Source: Podarcis vaucheri
Taxonomy: Eukaryota
Reading direction: 5' to 3' (one strand)
Length of the DNA stretch: 64,000 nucleotides
NCBI GenBank assembly: GCA_965113315.1
Contig: OZ220363.1
The notes below the pieces were generated by a model. That model saw only the letters and a program-made list of their open reading frames with translations, did no database searches and was not told the DNA's origin. The position numbers and the translations under genes were made by a program. Numbering within the stretch: the first letter of the stretch is position 1; each line of letters begins with the position of its first letter. Shown here piece by piece: positions 1 through 12,164 of the stretch.

Positions 1-94
1 AACTGCGGAGAGTATCTGAGCCTTATAAAAAGAAAAGAAAACCTCCACACCACTGTCCTTTGGCTTTCATGCAGTAGTGTTGATGGTGAAGGGC

Positions 95-118
95 AGGGCA
101 AGAGGTCATCTTAAATCA
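95..118 (+). promoter_or_regulatory. DR2-like nuclear receptor site next to a Pbx-Hox site
   Basis: AGGGCA-AG-AGGTCA (95-108) followed by TTAAATCA (TGATTTAA on minus, 111-118). Motif match only. Confidence 0.4.
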
Positions 119-852
119 TTTACAAACATATCCCAGCGTTTCATTATTTCTACTTTGTCGACGGCAACACACAGGATTCCAAAAGTTCATGCATTGTGGC
201 CGACCCGGTTCCTCTGTGTTGTCTTGCGCTCAGCTCCCTTCCATTCTCCCTCTGTTGGGTATTCTAAGCAAACCAACTTGGGATAAATCAGAGCGAGAGT
301 GCATGGGATTATATGTACGTGTCTGCGTGTGTGTGCATATATGTATATGTGTATGTGTGTGTACACACATATATGTATCTATAGACATGTATGCATATAT
401 ATCATTAAGCATCTGTGAGCAAATGGCTTTTTAAGCAACGACCTGCTCCTTTTCATGGAATTAGGGGTGGCTTTTTCTTTCCAGAAGGTGGTCTCCTTGG
501 GACAGAAATGGAAGAGCAAGTGGATCACTTTACGGATTTCTGAATCAGTACCTGCTCTCTGAGTTGGCTAAAGAGGCATTCTTATTTCTAATGAGAAGAA
601 TGCGTGGGTACTCCCCACTCTTGCTCCCTTTGATGAGTAAGTATTTAAGCAAGAAATGCAAAACGGTCCAATTCTACAGAATATACGTTTTCAAATGTTA
701 CTTCTCGGGGATAGCGGAATTAAAGGGTGGCCTGGGACAGGACTAATCGGAGAAAGGGCTTTCTTTAATTTAAACAAAACAAAACATTTTAAAAAAAGAA
801 TCGTTCGAATATTTTGTGCAATAGCCCAGATTTTCATATTTGTTAGACGCTG

Positions 853-869
853 TGACCTGCGTTTCACCT
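853..869 (-). promoter_or_regulatory. HoxD4 5' retinoic acid response element (DR5)
   Basis: Minus strand reads AGGTGA-AACGC-AGGTCA, matching the known Hoxd4 upstream DR5 (recalled as AGGTGAaatgcAGGTCA) at the expected position upstream of HoxD4. Confidence 0.85.
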
Positions 870-1049
870 TATTGCGCGACTTGCTCAGACAGGTCAAAGC
901 CAAAGGAGTTATTGATGAACAAAAGCGTTAAACATTCACCTCGTGCTCAACTGCCCGTACAAATTCTTTTGATCCACCAGGCCGTTTTTGTATTCTGGTT
1001 CATAATCAGTATGCTGCAGCTAAGTTTAAGGAATATTTTTTAAAAGAAG

Positions 1050-1097
1050 AGGAAGGAAGGAAGGAAGGAAGGAAGGAAGGAAGGAAGGAAGGAAGGA
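1050..1097. repeat. (GGAA)n microsatellite
   Basis: Direct reading. Confidence 0.95.
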
Positions 1098-3659
1098 TAG
1101 AAAATGAAAGGGTGGTGCTTATTTTCTTGTTAAGTTTTAAGGCTGGCCAAAGAAAACTGAGGCAAGGGTAAAAAAAGGGGGGATTTCAGTAGGAAGGAAG
1201 AAAATGTGGGAAATCCCAGTCACCCTCTTAGTGGTTTAAAGCCATCCAAAAGCCATACACAGCACAATATTATGATTTTAAAACAGGCAGATCGATGTAT
1301 CAGTCTGGGATTTAAAATTAGCAAAGTAAATGGCTCAGAGCTAAGGAAGGAAAGCATAAAGGAGACAGAAAGATGTGCCGAAAATAATCGCTTTTAGAGG
1401 TTGAGTAACATATGGTTATATTGGTTTCCCTTTTTTTCTAAATAGGGAGGTAATGTATTGTATCTCAGGACAGCAGGCTAGAACTCAAGCTCCACATATA
1501 ATTATGCCACATATACTTGCAACCATTGAACTAATCATAGCCTTTTTTCCTTTCCCCTTTATTGAAATCCAGCCCTCCCTCTCCTATTATTTTTACCTCT
1601 TGTTTCCCCTAAGTTCAGACAGCAATATTATCTGTATCTGCTTTCTTCCACTATTTCATATAAATGTCAACCACTCTATCTCGGGAACACTTCACTGACA
1701 CCTAACAATAACGTCATTAACACAGCCTTGGTTGCGATCCTATGCGTATTGACTAGGAGTGCACCTTTCCATTGCAAGCAGCAGGCCTTTATGCCCAAAA
1801 TAAAAGGGGAGGAGATACAACAGCATTTAGAGCATAACTCCTCGTTGGAGCATTAGTTCATCCTCAAAGGCTGCCATACCGAGAGGGCAAGCGCAATCCG
1901 TATTTTGGATCTCCACCAAAAGAGGAGCCAACCAGTAGAAGTGCTTGCCCCTGGTACATGATAGATTCAACATTTGCACAGGGAAACACGGCATGACTTT
2001 ATCCTGTTAAAATGCTAATCCTGCTCGTTAGCTGGAAAGAGCTTAAGAGAGGCACAAGATGGGCACCTTCACCTGCAATTATCTCCCCAGAAACTGCACA
2101 ATCAGCGTTTGCTGTGATCTGCAGCCACAGACCGCAGGAGGATGGGAGAGGGAGACAGAGAGAGAGAGAGAGCAAGCTTGAAGCCCCACGAGCCGTCCAG
2201 TACAAAACAGCCTTGCAGAAACAACCAAAAACACACCATCTCTGTTTACAAACTCAAACGTTTACAAGGCGATGTTTGGAAGCCCCAGCAAATTTTGCAC
2301 ACACGAAAAGGAGAGGGAAAAAAGTGCACTTACTGTAGACGCCCTTCCATTGTCCCGAACCTGTTGCAATGGGGGGAAAGAGGAGAAAGAAAATAAACAA
2401 AACCATTTCGTATTGTTGTTTTTCCATGTATAGATGATACTGATCATAGTTGGGGGGGGGGAATGCACGCATTGCATCTCTATTTAGATATGAGAATGTT
2501 AAGGACACAGGCAGGCATTGCATATAAAGGTGACAAATCAACACACTCCCCCCCTCCCAATTGCTGATTTGCCTCTTTTGTTAAATTCTTTTTGTAATAA
2601 AAGCCAGCCAAATTAAATATTTCAGTCAGAGTTATCATATAATTGTATACGATCATCCTTACTGCTAGTTTCAACTATGTTTCTATAAAATGTTTTATCT
2701 GATAAAGATATAAAGGATTCTTCCTCCAACTGAGTTAATCCCAAAGTGACAGAAATCTTACCAGCGTAGTGAATCCCTGAAGAGCCCTGGCCAGTATTTA
2801 GTCAGTAACCCGCTTGCTTAAAAATCCATACCATTTTCCCAACATGAACTTGTAAACATCATAATTATTATAGTAAATATATTTTACTGTTTACTTAAAC
2901 AGATTTCCCTTTTTCTGTCTGTGTCTTTCTTCTCTTATTGTAACAAATAAATTCTACATTACCACCCACGTGGAGAGAGAGAGAGAGAGACTGTTTAAAC
3001 AATGTTTTCAAAGAGAAACAACCAAGGTTGAGCTATTTTGAAAAACATCCCCTTCACTTTTGCCTGCGCTATCCCTGAGAAGGGCTGTATAGACACCCAG
3101 ACCAGCTTAAAGCAGGGAGCAATCATTCCATCGATGTATCATCTTATCTCTCGTTCCGTTCCTCCCTTCACTCTCCTTCTAGAATAACAGCCAGAACGCA
3201 GTGCCCTTGAAATCTCTGCAAATTAAACACTTAATGAAGGATCTACCGGCTTAAACCGAGGTTGGTTTCTTTCACAAAATTAAAATTAAAACCGTCGACG
3301 TGCGATTCACTGACAGCTCTCTTAAAACTTGGAGCAAATCCGAAGGAAATGCTATTCCTATAATACTTCCGGGCTTCCCTGGATCTGCTCTTTTCATTCA
3401 TATATACAGTTCCAGGGAACACTCAGACACACGGTCACTGGAGAGAGGGACTCGGTCACATATGGAGCGCAAGAAGAGACTTACTGTGAGCTTTGCCAAA
3501 GGGAAGAGGAAGGTACCCCCGGGAGAAGCAGAGGTCCTGGGCGCTTGGTTTCAGGCAGAGGTCTCCTGCCTAACACTTTCCCTGTCACTGCTCCCAGGAA
3601 CTAAAGCATCTGCACTTGTATGCTCTTAAACTAATTTATGGTGGGAATTATATTTTGGC

Positions 3660-3790
3660 TTGTCAACTCTCAAGCCATAAAACAAAGTTTATTGGAATCA
3701 CGTGCTTCGAAAGAGCCACTCAGGACTTATCTCGACGGAACAATAAATAACCTCTAGCTTTAAACTTTTATTCACTTATATAAAGAGGGC
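3660..3790 (-). promoter_or_regulatory. Candidate distal promoter for long HoxD4/miR-10b host transcripts
   Basis: E-box CACGTG (3699-3704), CCAAT box (ATTGG 3691-3695) and Cdx/Hox site GCCATAAAA (3674-3682). A consensus donor CA|GTAAGT lies downstream on minus at 3485/3484. Confidence 0.5.
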
Positions 3791-5149
3791 CTGGAAGGAA
3801 GGGGGGTTAAAGAGAAGGGGGGAAAGGGGGTAACCCCGCCACACATCCTGCGTTCTATGAAATTTAAAGTAGTCCAAAATAGCGAGGGCCAGGCACTGGA
3901 GGCCTTGCGTGGCTGTAGCGTTTAGGCCAGGCTCTTTTTTTATTAATAATAATAATAATGAGTTGTGCCAGGACAGGCCCCAGTGGCAGTTTAGATCTCC
4001 CCTTTAAGGAGGAAAGGAACGTGTGAATTTCGCTGTGAGTACCGATTCAAAATTTATTTGAATGAATATGTATGTGGAGTGGTGGGAGGGAGGGAGGGAA
4101 GGAGGGAAGGAGGGACGATTTTAAGCAACACCAAAGGCCATCACGTTTGTGGGATCCTCCCAGCTAGCCCACGCCCAGCCTCCTCTCTATGGTCAGGCCC
4201 CAGGCACTCGGGTTACGCGACCGTCCAGACGGCTGCGATGCACACACAACTTTGGAGCGAATGGTGCCGTTTTGCAGGATAAATGGTTCTGTTGTCTAGG
4301 GTTTGTCAGAGGAAGAACGTGTTTATCTATGTCTGTTTGCTAAGCAGCTACGGAAAGTGCTGGGTGTGGGTGTGTGTGGAACTGATCGATAGCAAAACCT
4401 CCATGTGCAAGAGCAGCGCAGCAGACGTTGGGTGGGCGCAAAAGAGAGAGGAAGGCCATCATTTTCAGCTCCTGTTTGGGAGCTTCCAAGAGGGATCTGG
4501 CTGGCCACCGTGAGATCCAGAATGGATCTAGCAACACAGTTCAGCAACTCTTTATCAGGCGGCCTCTTCTGGGCCCCTTCACACTAACCAAACTGTTTCA
4601 CAGCGCAGGGAGATACACGGGACTTGTAAAAGTGACAAAACAGCTCAGCCTATTCGTGTCGTCGTCCCCCTCCGCCGCCTCCCGAAAACTTTGATAGCTG
4701 AAGCTTTAAGGAGGGGAGTCATAAAGCAATAAAAAGTAGTCTGGTGTGAAGGAAAGGTAGGAGGGAGCAGAGAGAGGTGGGGGGGGAGAAGGAGCGGGTG
4801 AGTAAGTCAAATTGGATTTTAAAGAAACTAAAATTCTGAGACACCGGAAGTCAAATGTCCCTGTGAAGGTATAACCTTTTGCATGCAAAGTTGTGTGTGA
4901 GAAAGAATCTGTATAGATATATAGATATAAAACTAGGGGTGGCAGGGATAAATGCTTTTCCAGTTGTGTAGGTCAATGGACAAAAAAAATTTGGTAAACA
5001 ATGCTCCAAAATGAAACAAATAAGATAAAACGGCAAGGCAAGATAAAGGCAAGTACCTTCTGACATTTAAAATGAGCAGAGCAGAAATGTTTGAATGGAG
5101 AAGGCCCCGCCCGCCACTTGGCTCTCCTGCCATGTGAATTGATCTTATT

Positions 5150-5180
5150 ATTACAGGGAAATGATTTATGAAAATGACTC
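5150..5180 (+). promoter_or_regulatory. Pbx-Hox type site in non-repetitive sequence
   Basis: TGATTTATG at 5162-5170 with flanking ATTA cores. Motif only. Confidence 0.35.
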
Positions 5181-6554
5181 CAAAGCATGGGTGTGCATGC
5201 GTCGCTGTAAGGCTGTAAGGTTCAACCGAGGAGGAAGGTATCCGAAGTCATTTAGGTGAGCAGGACTTTTGTCATATCCTCCAGGGGAGGCCAGGATTCT
5301 TAGGAACAAATGCAACTGACGTTCACCTGCTGGAAAGGCTAGATTCTTTCGAAGGTTCTTCGGACCAGAATAACTTCCCTGCATCTAGTTCAGGCAAAGT
5401 GTTTGGAAGTTTACATACTATTTTAAACTAACGTTCTCTCACCCCCACCCCTTCGTATATACATTACTTTAAAATAGTAAATCTCCCAATGGGGGTGGGT
5501 GGGAATTAAGAGGGATTTTCATGTGTGGAGGAAGGGTGTTATTTTACTGCAATGTGTGCAGAGACTCAAAACATAAATTAGGTCTCTCGGTTTAACAGGC
5601 TTACCAACCACTTATGTTGAAAAAGTAGCCACACTCAAATCCTAATTTTACTTTACGTGACACCTTCGGTAATACCGCGGGATGCAAGTTCAGAATTTCG
5701 GGCTCTCGTTGTTTTCTAAGATGTTGTTCAAATGGTATAAATATTTTTTAGAAAAAAATAAAAAATATCGCTCCAATCCAAGCGAAAGTCTGGTCAGCTT
5801 TCCAGAGCTAATGAAGACTCAGATAAGCCAAACGGGACAAAATTATAGAAACTTTTTCCAAGGGACGGGGAACACAAAAAGAAAAAACACAAGCAAATAT
5901 TTATGGGGCACGGATTCGGATCAGTAAGCCTCCACGAGGCTGCCTTGCAAATCAGGCCCCCTGTTACACTCAAATCCCCAAAATTGGTAATCTAGAATAC
6001 TTGAACTGTAGACAGTTTAAACACGATCCATATGGATCATGTGCATTAACGGACATTATTGATTGATTAGACTTTAATTTTGATGGAACTTGCCTTCAGC
6101 AAAGTGTGCTTAAAGGCTTGCGTCTGCCGTTTAGTTCAGCTGCTTTAGCTATCAAACTGAATTGAAGCTCCAATGACTTGCAGTAGTATCCTAAGTACCT
6201 CTCTTGGGGTAGAGTCCTACAACTGGACTTAAGCAGCCCAACCGTGAGAAGGACTAACATTGTTCTCAGTGTGTCTGGTTTCAGTGACACAAGTTTAGAA
6301 CACAATTTCCATTCAAGTACTTCCTCTTACCTTGGTGATTGATTCTGTGTGCACTCCTGAGGATGAGGATTTGTTCTGAGAACATATTATTGACATTAGC
6401 ACTAAGGTTTCTACTATTGGACATAGATTCTAAATGTTGATCCCCTTTCCTGATCTTCATTTGGATAGTGTGTCCTGACCACTTAACAAAATAGTATTTT
6501 GTCCCTTCTGCAAAAAAATCCTTCTAGCTGTGATCCAAGTCCCATGACATCAAA

Positions 6555-6689
6555 GTTCCAAGCCAAGGTGCTGCTCTCCATATATTTTGGGCTACCACTC
6601 CCATAAGTCCCAGCCAGCATGGCCAAGGGTCACAGATGATAGGAGTTCTCATTCATAACACATTGAGGACACCGAGTTGGCCACCCCTG
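6555..6689. mobile_element. Degenerate hAT-type palindromic MITE
   Basis: Arms GGGCTACCACTCCCAT...ATAGGAGTT and terminal GTTGGCCACCCCTG resemble the squamate hAT MITE seen intact at 9765-9900. Left end is uncertain. Confidence 0.6.
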
Positions 6690-7489
6690 TTCTAAGTGGA
6701 CACATGGACATCTGAGGCACTTGATTCCTGCTTAACTCAATAGGCCAAGTTCTTGCCACAATGCTCAACCTGTGTCTGGGCTGTACTACTTTAGAGTCCC
6801 AATCACATGGGGGCTCAAGTGATTGAACATGCCTCTATACCCTCCACCCAAAACCTGTGTAGAAACCTTCTCCAAAAAATCTAGTTTGTTTGTTTGTTTT
6901 TCTATTCCAATAATTTTGTTTGTAGGAAGAAGTATTGTGCCATGTGAATTCCTGCCTGCAGCCTGAAATGCTAGGACCCAAAAGAAAATTTGCTACTTTC
7001 TGTGATAAGTAGAACAGAGTCAAACGGTACAGTAGAACTGTGATAGGTAGAAGAGTCAAATGGTACAGTCTGTGAATACAGAGCCAGTAAGATTCATTAT
7101 CTAATACACAAGGCTAGCAGCTGATTTGCCTCCTGTTTTTGCACAACACAGAGATTGGTCACTCAGTCTAGGTCTCCCATACAATGCACTGCAGAACACC
7201 TTAATTTAGGGATAGCCCAAGACATCTTCCTGCCTGGTGTGCACAGCAGCATTTTGCCAGTTCCCACTCCCCCCATCCCAGTGAAATTACTTAATACCCA
7301 AGACCAGCTATGGTCTTTTGGACCTGAATCAGGAAACCCCCTTGCAATAACACCCCCTTGCACACACACCCTTGCAATAACAGCAATAATGCAAATAATT
7401 TAAATAAACAATTTGCTGCACCTTCATGACATCCAAAACCAGCTGCCTGAGGCTGCTGCATCATTGTCTCCCATGGCAGGCCGGTCCTA

Positions 7490-7615
7490 CCTTCAATGCT
7501 AAAATTAGAGGCGCCGGGTTTCAAATCCCTTTGAAACTCACTCGCTGCCCTAGAATACCTCTTCCTAAACTCATACTTGTACTGGTTAGTTGTTCCTCGG
7601 TGATTAAACAAATGT
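7490..7615 (+). mobile_element. Old MIR/CORE-like SINE fragment
   Basis: B-box-like GGGTTTCAAATCCC followed by GAAACTCACT and GGTTAGTTGTT..GATTAAA, similar to a recalled CORE-SINE. Highly diverged. Confidence 0.4.
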
Positions 7616-8898
7616 GCTCTGCACATGTTGAGAGACACTCAGGTCTTCACATTTTCCTGGCTCATCCCAAAAGTTCTGTTTTCCAGCCCTGGAGACTGGC
7701 CTCAAATCAAATGCTTTGTGACTATAAAATAGCATTTAGACGTGTTTCTGTTTTCTCAAAGTTATAGGAAGCACATCACGAAGCTAGTAAAAAGTTTTAA
7801 TCCACACAAAAAGAAGAAGAAGAAAAGAAACAGGAAGAAACATACATTTTACATTGAGTGCCACAACTAAGGAAATGACCTGCAATTTTTTAAGTGGTCA
7901 TCAAAGATAACATAGGCTTCACTGGTGACGATATGCACCTAGAAGGGAAATGAGCATAGAAAATCAGATTAGGAACGGAGGGGTCCAGTTCACAGGTGCA
8001 AAGCCTTCTTTAACAGGCAGGAAGAAATACGGTCAGAAATAGATTCTCCCTTTCTTCTTCTTCTGTACAAACTTTGCACTAAATCAAAATAAACTCGTAC
8101 TGGACCGTGATCAAAATGCCAGCACAGATTACTTGGTTATGTCTCAAAACGAGAAGTGCCTAAGAAGTCTGTTTCAGCTCCTTGGCGCTAGCCCATACAA
8201 TTTAGGATAAATGCATCCACTGGAAATTGGCAAGGGGTTTAATGCCCCGAAACCACAGAAAGGAGGAAATAAGGCAAATGAGCTGTAGGAGGAGATGACG
8301 TGGCCTTTCATTAAATGTGGTCAAGGATACATCAGCAGAGAGGGAAAACGGGGAGCGTTCTCAGGTGAAAAATTAGAAGTTTGCAAAATGGCTCGGTTCA
8401 AAGCGGGTTAGTGCTATGCGGAGCCTTCAAAAGTCCTGGCCCCAGAGAAGGCGTGGGCAAAGGAGAGAATAACTTCGCTTTTATCCCGATTCTCCTCAAG
8501 GAAGCAGAACAGAAGCCCCTCACCCCCGTATATGAACACAGTAAGATCGAGTCAAACTCAAGCTAATAACTTGCATTTAATGTAAACAGGACTCAAAGTA
8601 AGAACTCTTATTCAAGAGTTTATACATTTATTTACCATCCCGAATACATTTCACCTGGAAAACAAGTCCTTTGGTTTTAACTGCCGTCAGAAACCTGAAG
8701 TTTTGCACCTCAGAACCTGCTCTTCTTTTGCGAACGGTGGGTGGCAAACAGAGGTTGTAGCCAACTAAGTCATACTCCGAGTAGAACCACTGAAATCAAT
8801 GCTCTTAACTGACTTGACTCTAATAATGTGGTTTCAATCCGTCTATTCTTGAGTAACGCCGGATATCACCCCAGATCCAAAGTGTGCATTCATAGCAC

Positions 8899-8934
8899 CA
8901 TAGAATTGTAGAATTGGACGGGACCACGAGGGTG

Positions 8935-9004
<70 letters not shown>

Positions 9005-9040
9005 TTTATTTATATCCCGCCCTCCCCAGCCGAAGCCGGT
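8899..9040 (-). mobile_element. Retroposon 3' ends: CR1-type tail interrupted by an (ATA)n-tailed retroposon
   Basis: CATAGAATTGTAGAATTGGACGGGACCACGAGGGT is a reverse CR1 3' end. It is followed by (ATA)n at 8937-9004 and TTTATTTATATCCCGCCCTCCCCAGCC, a reverse squamate LINE/SINE tail. Confidence 0.6.
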
Positions 9041-9764
9041 AGTAAAACAACCTGCAAAGCAGGAATTGTTTTTGCCCAACGTGGTGTTTAAACCCATGAC
9101 TTTGAGATCCTTTGCTGCCTTCTGAAGAACTTCTACAGCTGCAAAGAGGGATGGTTGAGTGAAAGTCCTACTGAAGCGTCTTTTGCTTTTTTGCCCTTTG
9201 TAGGACCTGATTTCACCTCAGGTAGCCGTCATTCCTCTGATTTAAGTTCTACAATCTGATTTCATCAGCTATACTCATTCGCCTCAAAAATGTGTGCTGC
9301 CACCCTAATCTTAGCTAACAAGAAGTAAACTCAATGGGTTTCAATTCTTAGGATGGTGACCCACGACAGGAATTATATGGGAATAGGTTCATTTGAGGCA
9401 GTTGGGTTAGCCTCTGATTGAACGTGCATGGATGATCTGGCAGGATTCTGTAGCCAGAAGAAGGACACAGTTAACCTTTCTTTATTAGAAAATATTAGGC
9501 AGGTTTGGGGTTTCATAGAGCTCTTTCTCATTCCAATAACTTTTGATAAGAAGGCAGCATAAGAGACAGAAGAACATAATGCAAGCCTGTTGGATCAGGT
9601 CAATTGGCCCACCTAGTCCGACATCCTGTTCTCAAGGTGGCCAACCAGATGCATGTGGGAAACCAGCAAACAGGATTAGAGCATGAGAGCACTTTGCCCA
9701 CCTGCAATTCCAAGCAACTGATATTCAGAAGAACCCACATACATAAGCCCTGTACAGTATAGGG

Positions 9765-9900
9765 CAGGCATAGGCAAACTCGGACCCTCCAGATGTTTGG
9801 GACTACAATTCCCATCATCCCTAGCTAACGGGACCCGTGATCAGGGATTATGGGAATTGTAGTCCCAAACATCTGGAGGGCCCGAGTTTGCCTATGCCTG
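9765..9900. mobile_element. hAT-family MITE, 136 bp, near-perfect palindrome
   Basis: TIRs CAGGCATAGGCAAACTCGG / CCGAGTTTGCCTATGCCTG, with arms pairing over ~60 bp. The 8-bp flanks gtataggg / gtgcaggg are a 6/8 TSD. Confidence 0.9.
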
Positions 9901-9904
9901 GTGC

Positions 9905-10020
9905 AGGGAAGCTTTTTAAGGTTTAATGCTTTGTTATGCTTTTATATATGCTGGAAACCACCCAGAGTGGATGGGGCAAAACAGTCAGATGGGCGGGGTA
10001 CAAATAATAAATTATGATGA
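9905..10020 (+). mobile_element. LINE (L2-like) 3' end with AT-rich tail
   Basis: CCCAGAGTGGATGGGGCAAAACAGTCAGATGGGCGGGGTACAAATAATAAATTAT resembles an abundant lizard LINE 3' terminus (recalled). Family assignment is tentative. Confidence 0.55.
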
Positions 10021-10120
10021 TGATGCCTCTGACAGTGAAGGCAGTGACCAGTAACCGTTGACAGCCTTCTCCTTCATGAATTTGTCTAAGCCTCTTTTAA
10101 TTTCATAACTTCAAAATGTA

Positions 10121-10386
10121 CAGTGGTACCTCGGGTTAAGAACTTAATTCGTTCTGGAGGTCTGTTCTTAACCTGAAACTGTTCTTAACCTGAAGCACCA
10201 CTTTAGCTAATGGGGCCTCCTCCTCCCCCTCTCCTCCTCCTGCTGCTGCTGCTGCGCCACCACTGCACGATTTCCATTCTCATCCTGAAGCAAACTTTAT
10301 CCTGAAGCAAAGTTCTTAACCCGAGGTGATATTTCTGGGTTAGCGGAGTCTGTAACCTGAAGGGTATGTAACCCGAGGTCCCACTG
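10121..10386. mobile_element. Tc1/mariner (Tigger-like) MITE
   Basis: TIRs CAGTGGTACCTCGGGTTA / TAACCCGAGGTCCCACTG flanked by TA target duplications (10119-10120, 10387-10388); internal TTAACCTGAA repeats. Confidence 0.9.
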
Positions 10387-10809
10387 TAGTGTGTTTGACC
10401 AACAAGAATTTGTTTTGATCACCCAGTCACATGGCAAGGAACCTTGCATTTCTTCAGGATACTGTAGAATCATGTATTGACTGTGGTGGCCATTCATGTT
10501 GATCAAGACCACTCTCTGAGGACAAATGAAAGAAAGACAGAAAGAAAAAGCTAGACTGCATTGCTCAATTAGACTAAGACGTTCTGTCTCCAATAGTGAC
10601 CAGGCTATGAAAACTCATAACCAAGGGATTAAAACACAGAGAGTTTCACATAGCTAGGAAGATAGCTGTGCAATACCTACCCAACTTAATGAAGAGAGAA
10701 AGCCAGGTTAGTGTGAGATGTGACATTTTAAATATCTAGGGGCTGCAGTCCCATCCATCCTGAAGTAAGCCCCATTGAACTCAGTCTAGCTTACTTCTGA
10801 GTAGACACA

Positions 10810-10960
10810 GGAATGGAGGAAGCTGCTTTATACTGAGTCATTCCAGTGATCCACCTAGCTCAGCCTGGGAGTGGCAAGGAACATTCCTAGCCCTTCTTGG
10901 AGATGCCAAGGATCTTCTGCATGCAAAGCAGATGTTCTGCCATTGAGCCATAGCCTTTCC
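10810..10960 (-). mobile_element. tRNA-derived Squam3-like SINE, degenerate
   Basis: GGAAGCTGCTTTATACTGAGTCA..CTAGCTCAG..GGAGATGCC..CTTCTGCATGCAAAGCAGATGTTCTGCCATTGAGC resembles the reverse of a squamate tRNA-SINE (recalled consensus). Confidence 0.65.
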
Positions 10961-12164
10961 CTGTGTATAGTATTGTGTTGTATAAGTTTATGTTATGAAG
11001 GCAGGTGCTCTGACTCAGGAAAGAAGAAGATGGCACCATGGATGGAGACCACAAATGTGAAGAGGAGGGCAGTGCATATCTATTGCACATGCCAATAGGA
11101 GACAGGGAGACAGAGAAACAGAGGGGTGGGGGGAGATGGTTGTGTGGCACAGAAGGTCAATCTAGGCCAAGTACTTGTGTCATGACTGTGGAAGGTGAAC
11201 CTTGAAAGAGTCCAGTGAATGAGGTTGGGAGTTGTGGGGGTAGGGAAGGCAGACAGAAAGAAAAAGCTAGACATGCAATTTGCTTTTATCACCTACAATT
11301 GGGAAGACTACAAGCCAATGGACTGGATGTTTTCAGCTCTGTTAGAAGTAAGAGACCTTTGAGAAGAATGGCTACCATTTTAGGGGCCATCAGAGATCAA
11401 AGGGAAAGCAAAGGAAGCAGGAGAAGAACAACATCAAAGATCAGACAGATGATGGTCCCCTGAAGTAACTAGCTGTGACCACTTGTTTACTATGGTACAA
11501 AAGGCTGTCTATACAGCCTCATAAACAGGGACTGCACTTGAGGGTGAGGAGGCTGGCTGATGGTATTTTAAATGGCACTGGTCTGTGGGAGACCCGGGGA
11601 GTGTAGTGAGATGATTATGGGCCATTTCAACTGTGGTTTTTAATAGGTAGCTGTAATATGTCTTTTGTCTGGTCTAAAGAGGTCTGGCTGACTGGCTGCA
11701 CCCACAGGTATGTGCGTAAGACTGAAAAGATGGGATGGAATATGAGCACTACTTGTGGGGCAGTCCTGTGCCCCCTTGAATTCATTGGGATTTACTTTCA
11801 ACTTAACATAGATAGGATCAGGCTGTGAAGTGCATGAAGGCCTAGCAGATGAACAAATATGTAGCTCTCCATTGACCTCAATAGCTTGCCTTGGTAGATC
11901 TACCCTTAAGATCTCAACTCTGACTGATCCTATCATAGTTACTCAAAAGTAACTTTCATTGGGATCTACTCTCAATGCAGTGTATGTAGGATTGTAGCCT
12001 TCCAGCTCAGTCTTGAAAACTCAGTGAGATTTAGGCTGCAATCCTATCCCCATTTACTTGAGAGTAAGACCCTCTGAGCTGACTATTACTCACTTCTGGA
12101 TAAACATGTGTAAGATTGCCCTGTTAATAATACAAATTCCTTGAGTAGAGTGCAGCTGGCTTCC

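Larger units (their letters stand above)
9572..10100 (-). mobile_element. CR1-type 3' fragment split by later insertions
   Basis: AGAACATAA..GGATCAGG..CTAGTCC..CATCCTGTTCTCA..GTGGCCAACCAGATGC..TATTCAGAAG (9572-9731) resumes at ~10021 with TGCCTCTGACAGTG..CATGAATTTGTCTAAGCCTCTTTTAA. Confidence 0.7.

Noticed and set aside
1-900. miR-10b hairpin and HoxD4 exons
   Set aside because: Neither TACCCTGTAGAACCGAATTTGTG nor its complement was found; both are expected just left of the window.
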